Source: an uncultured Nitrospiraceae bacterium
GTDB taxonomy: Bacteria; Nitrospirota; Thermodesulfovibrionia; Thermodesulfovibrionales; SM23-35
DNA: 64,000 nt
Assembly: GCA_963727775.1 (NCBI GenBank)
Contig: CAVSHB010000002.1
Span: 640,001-704,000 of the forward strand
Direction of reading: 5' to 3'
The notes under the pieces were generated by a model, which worked only from the letters and a program-made list of their open reading frames with translations, was not told the origin of the DNA and made no database searches. The position numbers and the translations under genes were made by a program. Positions 56,965 to 64,000 of the stretch are shown in pieces (the stretch's first letter is position 1; every line of letters starts with the position of its first letter).

Positions 56965-58899
56965 ATGGACGAGGAAGAATATAAAAGACCTTCACCTGAA
57001 GCGCTGCTTGAAGTTGCCTATGAAACGGAGACCTCCGAAAAACGGGGAAAACTGACCATCTATTTCGGCTCAGCGCCCGGCGTCGGGAAAACTTATGCCA
57101 TGCTCACCGACGCAAGGGCCAGGAAACGGGAAGGGACTGACGTAGCGGTTGGATACGTCGAGACCCACGGACGGTCGGAAACCGATGCCTTACTGGAGGG
57201 GCTGGAGATCATTCCTCCTCTCGTTATCAATTACATGGGCGTAAAACTCAGAGAAGTCGATTTAGAGAAAGTCCTGGCGCGCAAGCCTAAACTGGTTTTG
57301 ATAGATGAGCTCGCCCATACCGACGCCCCCGGCCTTCGCAATGCAAAGCGCTATCAGGATGTTGAAGAAATATTGAATGCGGGGATAGATGTCTATACGA
57401 CCATAAATGTGCAGCATATCGAAAGTCTTAATGATATTGTTTTCCAGATAACCAATATCCGAATGCGGGAGACCGTGCCCGATACAATCTTCGAAGCAGC
57501 GTATGAAATCAAGCTGATCGATCTGCCGCCGGAGGAGCTGATTAAACGACTTCATGAAGGGAAGGTCTACACCAAAGACATGGCAAAGAGCGCAGTGCAC
57601 AAGTTTTTCCGACCCGGCAACCTGCTTGCACTCCGACAACTGGCTTTGCGGGCGGTGGCGGGCAGTGTTGACGAGAAGATGCGCAGTTACATGCAGGCCC
57701 ATGCCATAGCAGGACCCTGGCCGGTAAAAGAGCGTGTGCTCGCGGGGATATTTGCAAGTCCTTACGCGGAGAAATTAGTCCGCTCTGCATTCAGGCTTGC
57801 AAGCGAGCTCGATGCGGAATGGATCGCTTTCTATGTGGAAACGGGAATGCATAAAAAACTTTCCGAGCAGGAAAAAGAGTGGCTGAATAAAGCATTGGAC
57901 CTCGCGAGAAAACTGGGAGCGCGGGTAGTCTGGATTAAAGGGGATGACGTGACAGAGACATTGTCTGTTTATGCGCGTGATCACAACATTACAAAGATTG
58001 TTATAGGGAAGCCCCGCCGGTTCTGGCTTCTGCAATCGATCCCCAGAAAACTGCTGACCAGGACACCCGATATTGATATCTACTTGCTTGACGCAAAGAC
58101 CGAATCCAAGCTCGCGCCCAAGAAGAGAATGACTTTTTCCCGACCGTTGAACTATATCGCAGGTGTCCTCGCCGTCGGCATTGTTTCACTTGTAGCTTTT
58201 TTCCTGCGCAACAGTCTTAATCAGATCAACTTGCTGTTTTTATTTTTATTGCCGGTTGTTTTGAGTGCTCTCTATTTAGGCAGGGGGCCGTCCATCCTGG
58301 CCGCGGTAATGAGCATCCTGTCTTTTGACTATCTGTTTGTCCCGCCTTTCTTCAGTTTTGCCGTTTCAGACTTTACATATTTTCTTTCATACGTTGTGTA
58401 TATCGTGGTTGTTGTTGTGATCAGCAATCTTGCGATGCGCCTGCGCGGTAAAGTTGAAATGCTCAGGCAGAGTGAAATCAAGAGCACTGCTCTATACGGG
58501 TTGAGCAGGGATTTGGTTACCGCGCAGAATATAGAACAAATCCTGTCCATGCTTGTCCGCCATACCACACAAATATTCCCTTGCGAAATGGCGATCTTCC
58601 TGCCGTCTGATGAAAACCTGGCAGTTAAAGCAAAGACCACGGATTTTGAAGTGACCCCAAAGGTGCTTGGAGTAGCATCATGGGTTTTGATCAACAGACA
58701 ACCGGCAGGACGCGGCACCAATACATTGCCTGAATCCAAAGCATTTTATCTGCCTGTTATGACGGCAAACAAAGTTGTCGGCGTAGTAGGATTCGACTTT
58801 AAGAAAAGCGAACAGATAATGAACCCTGAGAACCAGGTAGCTCTTGAGACCATTGCCCGGCTTGCTGCAATGGCGATGGAAAGGATCAGAGTCGAATAG
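56965..58899 (+). CDS. kdpD: KdpD sensor lacking HisKA/HATPase (KdpD-USP-TM-GAF only)
   Basis: GSAPGVGKTYAML, DELAH, USP-like domain, 4 TM, GAF, stop at ...ERIRVE; no H-box. Confidence 0.88.
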   Translation: MDEEEYKRPSPEALLEVAYETETSEKRGKLTIYFGSAPGVGKTYAMLTDARARKREGTDVAVGYVETHGRSETDALLEGLEIIPPLVINYMGVKLREVDLEKVLARKPKLVLIDELAHTDAPGLRNAKRYQDVEEILNAGIDVYTTINVQHIESLNDIVFQITNIRMRETVPDTIFEAAYEIKLIDLPPEELIKRLHEGKVYTKDMAKSAVHKFFRPGNLLALRQLALRAVAGSVDEKMRSYMQAHAIAGPWPVKERVLAGIFASPYAEKLVRSAFRLASELDAEWIAFYVETGMHKKLSEQEKEWLNKALDLARKLGARVVWIKGDDVTETLSVYARDHNITKIVIGKPRRFWLLQSIPRKLLTRTPDIDIYLLDAKTESKLAPKKRMTFSRPLNYIAGVLAVGIVSLVAFFLRNSLNQINLLFLFLLPVVLSALYLGRGPSILAAVMSILSFDYLFVPPFFSFAVSDFTYFLSYVVYIVVVVVISNLAMRLRGKVEMLRQSEIKSTALYGLSRDLVTAQNIEQILSMLVRHTTQIFPCEMAIFLPSDENLAVKAKTTDFEVTPKVLGVASWVLINRQPAGRGTNTLPESKAFYLPVMTANKVVGVVGFDFKKSEQIMNPENQVALETIARLAAMAMERIRVE

Positions 58900-58906
58900 T
58901 ATTTTT

Positions 58907-60427
58907 CTACAACCCGGCCGGGGTGAAGAGCCCGTATTTTTTCATCTTGTATCCGATCTGTCGCGGTGTAAGGCCTATTATCCTCGCCGCTTTTGCCTGG
59001 ACCCAGCCTGTCTTTTCGAGAGCGTCGAGGATGCTCGATTTCTCGATATCCGCTATGCCGGCTTTCAGGGATTCCCGGTGCAGCATATCTTCATGTGAAG
59101 GCAATTTCAGATTTACCGGGAGATCTGAAGTCCTGATGATATTTTTGCCCGACATAACAACGAGCCTTTCCATGGTGTTTTCAAGTTCCCTGACATTACC
59201 GGGCCAGCCGTATTCCACGAGCACCTTTAACGCCTCCGGGGAGATAGACACGTCTTTTTTGTTTTCTTCGTTGAAATAGCTGAGGAAAAAATCTACCAGG
59301 AGCGGGATATCTTCTTTTCGTTCTCTAAGCGCGGGCATAAATATCGGCACGACATTCAGCCTGTAAAACAAATCTTCTCTGAATTTGCCCCTTAGAACAA
59401 GTTCATCAAGATTCCTGCTTGTTGCGGCGATAAGTCTTACGTCGACTTTAATTGTTTTTTCGCCGCCGACACGCTCAAATTCTCTCTCCTGTAATACTCG
59501 CAATATTTTCGGCTGAAGATTAAGCGGTAGGTCGCCGACTTCGTCAAGGAGTATGGTGCCTCCGTGCGCGAGCTCGAACCTGCCTTTTCTTACTGAAATG
59601 GCGCCGGTAAACGCGCCTTTCTCGTGACCGAAAAGTTCCGACTCGAGCAGCCCTTCCGGTATTGAAGCGCAATTGAATTTTACAAACGATTCTTTCGACC
59701 TGGGGCTCATGTAATGGACGGCCTTTGCGATCAATTCCTTTCCCGTCCCGCTTTCTCCGTATAAAATGACCGTTGCCTTTGAATCCGACACGCGATGGAC
59801 AGCCTCAAAGACCTCCTGCATTTTGTCTGAAGCCCCTATGATATTCGGAAGGCTGTACTTGCCTTTCAACTGTTGTTTAAGGTGTTCTTTTTCCTGTTCG
59901 GATTCCATATAGTGTTTCCAGAGGACCACATACTGGGCAATTATAGAGGCGATTATTTCCAGGACCCTGATGTCTTCATCGACTGTTATGGCCTTGTCTT
60001 TAAATATTCTGTCCGCGCTCAGGACGCCTATGGAATTCCCCTTAAAACTGATGGGGACGCACAGGAATGATATGCCGCTCTTTTTAATTCTCGATCCCGT
60101 CTTGTTGAGGAATAAGGGTTCCTGCCCCACATTCGGTATTACCACGGGGAGGCTGTTTTCCAGGACCCTGCCCACAATGCCTTCGCCTATTTTGTATTTC
60201 CCTCTTTCGATCTGTTCCTTGGTGAGGCCGTGGGCGGCGACGATCCTCAGTTCTTTTGTGTTCTGATCAAGAAGAAATACGGAACCCCTCTCCATTTCAA
60301 GGAAATCCCCGATAACGCGCATTGTGCGTGAAAGATTTTTTTCCAGTTCGAACGAAGAGTTCAGGACCCTGCTAACTTCGAGGAGGGCTGAAAGGATTCG
60401 ATTTTCTCTTGCGAGTGACTGTGCCAT
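58907..60427 (-). CDS. GAF-domain sigma54 activator (NifA-like)
   Basis: GAF ([14 protein letters not shown]), [43 protein letters not shown]. Confidence 0.9.
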   Translation of the reverse strand: MAQSLARENRILSALLEVSRVLNSSFELEKNLSRTMRVIGDFLEMERGSVFLLDQNTKELRIVAAHGLTKEQIERGKYKIGEGIVGRVLENSLPVVIPNVGQEPLFLNKTGSRIKKSGISFLCVPISFKGNSIGVLSADRIFKDKAITVDEDIRVLEIIASIIAQYVVLWKHYMESEQEKEHLKQQLKGKYSLPNIIGASDKMQEVFEAVHRVSDSKATVILYGESGTGKELIAKAVHYMSPRSKESFVKFNCASIPEGLLESELFGHEKGAFTGAISVRKGRFELAHGGTILLDEVGDLPLNLQPKILRVLQEREFERVGGEKTIKVDVRLIAATSRNLDELVLRGKFREDLFYRLNVVPIFMPALRERKEDIPLLVDFFLSYFNEENKKDVSISPEALKVLVEYGWPGNVRELENTMERLVVMSGKNIIRTSDLPVNLKLPSHEDMLHRESLKAGIADIEKSSILDALEKTGWVQAKAARIIGLTPRQIGYKMKKYGLFTPAGL

Positions 60428-60539
60428 AATTTATTTGTAAGGTTTCTCTCCAAAGAAATTCCAAAGGGTTCGAGGATGCACGGGTCCAAGGGTAAGCGGC
60501 TTTAATCGGACCCTTGACTTCTTGACCCATTGAGCCCGT

Positions 60540-62981
60540 CTAAATGTTTTCTGTCATTTCCCAAACGCCGCATGGACATATGCCGGCACAAAACCCGCAG
60601 CCGATGCATTTATCATCGTCTACGACATATTCGTATGATCCGCCCGCGTGCTCCACTCTGCTGATTGCGCCCCAATAACAAGTCGTCTCACACATATGGC
60701 AGTCTCTGCATGTAGCGCAGGACATGCATTTATTCGCTTCCTGTTCCGGGGTAAAATCTCCACTGCAGGCCTCATAGTATTCCGTCTTAATACGTTCATA
60801 GGGGATGACCTGTTTGATCTCGGGCCAGCGGGGCGCATGCATAAGCTGATAATGTATGGTTTCGGCAGTGGTCCTTCCCTGGCCGATAGCATGTGTTACC
60901 AATCCTAATCTGGTAGCATCGCCGATAGCGAAGACCTTTACGTCGGAAGTCTGTCCGATATCGTTTGAGTATATCCAGCCGCGTTCGGTATGGATGACCG
61001 GCGGAAGGAAGTCCAGTATCGGAACATCGCCCACGGACATGATCACAAAATCCGCATCGAGTGATGAACCGTCTTTAAAATAAAGCTTTTTCTCATTATG
61101 GTCATAGTGGTCGCTAAATTTCGGCCAGATGATCTGAGTGCCTTTTGCAACCGCCGTTTCCATTTCCTTACCGAAGGCCGCCGGTTTCTGTATGTCCACT
61201 GCGATAACCGATACGGCCCCGCAGTTATATGCCTGGGAGGCAACATCCATCCCGACATTACCCGCGCCTATGATGACAACCTTACTGTTTTTAAGCTCAG
61301 GGAGGTTGCCGATATTGATTCCTTTAAGGAAGTCATATGCCGATACTATATGTTCGGAGCCGGGGAATGGGAATATCCTCGGTTTATGCGCGCCGCATGC
61401 GACAATAATAATCTCGTGCTCTTTATATATCTCTTCAAATCTTTTCAGGTCTATTTTTGCATTCAGGTTTATGTCGACGCCTATCTCTTTAAACCTTGAA
61501 AGTTCTTTCTGGAGGACTTCCTGTGGCAATCTTTCCCTCGGTATACAGAGTTCAAGCTTCCCGCCGAGCTTGTCGGTCGCTTCATAGAGAGTAACAGCGT
61601 GACCTTTCAGGCCGAGTTGCCAGGCAGCGCTCAGACCTGCGGGTCCAGCGCCTATTACGGCAATTGTATGCCCCGTCGGTTCCGCTTTTTTAGGAGCAGG
61701 TAATTCAAGGGCGAGTCTGCCCAGTTTGTCTATGCTCAGGGGTTTATCCAGTTGGCCCCTTGTACAGCTCTGCATGCAAAGGTTCGGGCATATCTGACCG
61801 CATACAGTTGCAGGCAGCGGACTGTATTGCAATACCAACTCAAGGGCCTCTTGGAGTTTTCCCTGCCGTATCAGCGATGCCCTCTTATGAGAAGGTATAT
61901 GTGTGGGACAGCTGTAAGTGCAGGGCGGTGAATATTTTTCATTTGCCCATACGGGTTTATTTCTCCTGTCTTTCCCGGTTGTTATATACGGTAATACGGT
62001 AAGATCATGGCTCATGTATTCCGCGAAGATGCCGCCCTGTCCGACCCCTTTTTCCCAGTTGTTTTTTCTGAAATCCGAGGTGGACATACTGAACCATTTT
62101 CTTGCCTTTTTCTCCTGTGGCGTGTACGCAATGAATTTCTTCCAGTCGCCCGAGGAGCGCGTAAGTTCATTATGGTATGACAGCCTGTCAACGGCCTCAA
62201 GAAAAGGCTTCATGTTTGTAGTGAGCCATTCCCAATCCTGTGGTGTTAGCTCAAGCAGGTTGACATCTTTGTCACTGTATTCCTGGATCGGACCCCTGAA
62301 ATAGATCGTTCCGCCCACCATGCCGACGCATGGACGATATCCGAGGATGCTCTTCGGGTTCCTCGGGTCAACGCCGCAGACGACCGCAATGCCGCCAGCC
62401 TTGAATTCCGCAAATGAGTCGCCGACATTTCTGAAATACCATGACTGCGGGGGATCGAACCTTGGATTGTGCTTTGTCATCGTATCGCATCGGGCGCCGC
62501 CACTGCCCTGAACATAGAGTGTTCCCTGGGCGGCGGCGTTAAACGCGCCGTTTGTGACGTCGCCTAAAACCGTTATCTTTGCGCCGCAGTTGATCCAGCC
62601 TATATCGTCTGAGGCACTTCCTTTTACGATAATCTCAGTGCCGTCCATCCCCATGCTTCCAAGCCGCTGGCCGGCAGGCCCTTCAACCGTAATTTTTACG
62701 GTTTCGCCCCTCGGCCAGATCCTGCCGCCAATCCCGTGCTGGCCGTCCGAAATCACATGCAGTTCCCTGTTGCCGTCCTGGACAGCCTGCTGTATCTGTT
62801 CTTCAAGTATCCGCGAAGGGACGCGCGCCCCCTTTACAATTCCGCGAAGGGTTACAATGCTGGAGGAGCCCACATCCTCTACGTGCTTCTTTTTAATGGC
62901 TGGAAGTGCAGGGGAGGTTTTTATTTTTTTATTCCTGACTACCGATTTCTGTCTGCTGTTTGCTGTTTTCTTAGCACGCAT
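60540..62981 (-). CDS. Glutamate synthase subunit: GXGXG domain fused to a GltD-like FAD/NAD(P)H domain and a 4Fe-4S ferredoxin
   Basis: GQHGIGG, GQRLGSMG, CVGMVGG; PCTYSCP, GAGPAGL, GAGNVGMD; CATCRDCHMC, CIGCGFCAGICP. Confidence 0.9.
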   Translation of the reverse strand: MRAKKTANSRQKSVVRNKKIKTSPALPAIKKKHVEDVGSSSIVTLRGIVKGARVPSRILEEQIQQAVQDGNRELHVISDGQHGIGGRIWPRGETVKITVEGPAGQRLGSMGMDGTEIIVKGSASDDIGWINCGAKITVLGDVTNGAFNAAAQGTLYVQGSGGARCDTMTKHNPRFDPPQSWYFRNVGDSFAEFKAGGIAVVCGVDPRNPKSILGYRPCVGMVGGTIYFRGPIQEYSDKDVNLLELTPQDWEWLTTNMKPFLEAVDRLSYHNELTRSSGDWKKFIAYTPQEKKARKWFSMSTSDFRKNNWEKGVGQGGIFAEYMSHDLTVLPYITTGKDRRNKPVWANEKYSPPCTYSCPTHIPSHKRASLIRQGKLQEALELVLQYSPLPATVCGQICPNLCMQSCTRGQLDKPLSIDKLGRLALELPAPKKAEPTGHTIAVIGAGPAGLSAAWQLGLKGHAVTLYEATDKLGGKLELCIPRERLPQEVLQKELSRFKEIGVDINLNAKIDLKRFEEIYKEHEIIIVACGAHKPRIFPFPGSEHIVSAYDFLKGINIGNLPELKNSKVVIIGAGNVGMDVASQAYNCGAVSVIAVDIQKPAAFGKEMETAVAKGTQIIWPKFSDHYDHNEKKLYFKDGSSLDADFVIMSVGDVPILDFLPPVIHTERGWIYSNDIGQTSDVKVFAIGDATRLGLVTHAIGQGRTTAETIHYQLMHAPRWPEIKQVIPYERIKTEYYEACSGDFTPEQEANKCMSCATCRDCHMCETTCYWGAISRVEHAGGSYEYVVDDDKCIGCGFCAGICPCGVWEMTENI

Positions 62982-64000
62982 AACTGATCTCTAATCTTTC
63001 CGCCATGGCCTTGTCATCAATGCTCAGGCCGTCGGACATACCAATGGGCAGTTCGGTGCTCCTTCCCATTGGGGCAAATATTTTCTTTAATTCCACATTT
63101 GCAGCCTTAAAGACTTCTACTACGCGTTCGGCTACCTTATCGGAATCGAGCCTCCTGTATAATTTGGGGTCCTGTGTAGTTATGCCTCTCGGGCATTTCC
63201 CTGTATTGCAGAGGTTGCAGCGGTTGTATTCATCGCCGAAACAATTTGCCGCTGCCTGCATGATGTATTTGCCGATAGAGACCGCTGAAGCACCGAGCAT
63301 GATAAGGGCTGCCGCATTTGCAGCCAGATTCCCTTTTTTACCGACGCCGCCCGCTGCAATGAGAGGAAGTTCATTCTGTTTCCCCTGCCTGACAAGATCG
63401 AGATAGCATTCACGCAGGTTCGATGCTATCGGGTGTCCCATCTTATCCATGGATACATTATACGCGGCGCCTGTTCCGCCGTCTTCACCGTCGATAGACA
63501 GCGCCGCTGCATACGGATTTCGTGCAAGGTTGTTCAAGACCGCGCGGGCAGTCTTTGTCCCGGAGATCTTGGGATAAACAGGCACCCTGAAACCCCAGGC
63601 CATGGACATGGACTGTATCATCTTCGCGACCGCCTCTTCAATGGAATATTTTGTCTGGTGGGTCGGGGGTGATGCAAGGTCAACAAACTGCGGGACACCG
63701 CGAATATTTGCAATGAGTTTCAGCACCTTTTGCGCCATAAGCAGACCGCCGTCACCGGGTTTTGCGCCCTGACCGTACTTAATCTCTATTGCCGCCGGGT
63801 CTTCAACCATATGAGGTATCGAATGAATAATCTCGTCCCATCCGAAATATCCGGATGCGATCTGGATAATAAAATATTTCAGGTATTTGGACCTTAAAAG
63901 CCGTGGAGGGACTCCGCCTTCACCGCTGCACATGACAACCGGAAGGCCTTCCACTTCATTGAGGTATGATACTCCCATTGCAAGACCTTCCCACATGGTC
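62971..64000 (-). CDS. Glutamate synthase FMN-binding subunit (partial, 5' end outside the window)
   Basis: SGEGG, QIASGYFG, EIKYGQGAKPGDGG, DGEDGGTGA, CNTGKCPRGITTQDP. Confidence 0.93.
   Translation of the reverse strand, partial: TMWEGLAMGVSYLNEVEGLPVVMCSGEGGVPPRLLRSKYLKYFIIQIASGYFGWDEIIHSIPHMVEDPAAIEIKYGQGAKPGDGGLLMAQKVLKLIANIRGVPQFVDLASPPTHQTKYSIEEAVAKMIQSMSMAWGFRVPVYPKISGTKTARAVLNNLARNPYAAALSIDGEDGGTGAAYNVSMDKMGHPIASNLRECYLDLVRQGKQNELPLIAAGGVGKKGNLAANAAALIMLGASAVSIGKYIMQAAANCFGDEYNRCNLCNTGKCPRGITTQDPKLYRRLDSDKVAERVVEVFKAANVELKKIFAPMGRSTELPIGMSDGLSIDDKAMAERLEISYAC

Noticed and set aside
60460..60540. Short GGGTCCAAGGGT / ACCCTTGAC inverted motifs
   Set aside because: Weak, irregular pairing; at most a degenerate intergenic repeat
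1059..63672. Many short antisense or alternate-frame ORFs in the track
   Set aside because: Shadows of well-supported genes, without RBS or motifs

Overview
64-kb window from an anaerobic sulfur-cycling bacterium. Gene content suggests Nitrospirota/Thermodesulfovibrionia-like or Desulfobacterota (inference only). Left to right: (1) end of an integron-cassette-like array (partial ORF, then hicBA, each followed by a degenerate attC); (2) an extended 'orange protein' (ORP)-type metal-cofactor cluster (PAS sigma54 activator, Mrp, CDF-NifX fusion, three NifB/NifX proteins, two Fe-S MinD ATPases, DUF134, CGGC protein), with two sigma54 promoters and a 20-bp palindromic operator shared by two probably leaderless sigma70 promoters; (3) a hybrid Tmc/Hmc electron-transfer operon (TmcD, TmcC/HmcE, TmcB/HmcF, 16-heme HmcA, small HmcD, HmcB, HmcC). 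Its TmcB has an in-frame TGA at the E-C-G-H cysteine followed by a SECIS-like hairpin (probable selenoprotein), and a 5'-truncated DsrC/TusE relic lies next to the operon; (4) a decayed DUF927 element split by an IS1182 with a nested MITE, plus a solo attC; (5) a TauE/USP/two-component/PEP-utiliser cluster, partly decayed, in which three proteins share a short 'AxxFAEAGExxxA' motif. It is interrupted by a three-gene gamma-mobile-trio (gmtY-gmtZ-gmtX)-like island, an IS1202-family element (15-bp target duplication) and an IS1380; (6) a secreted 30-aa-repeat protein, a c-di-AMP riboswitch upstream of kdpABC plus a KdpD without kinase domain (no kdpE), a NifA-like activator and split glutamate synthase genes. 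All calls come from reading the sequence; no searches were run.
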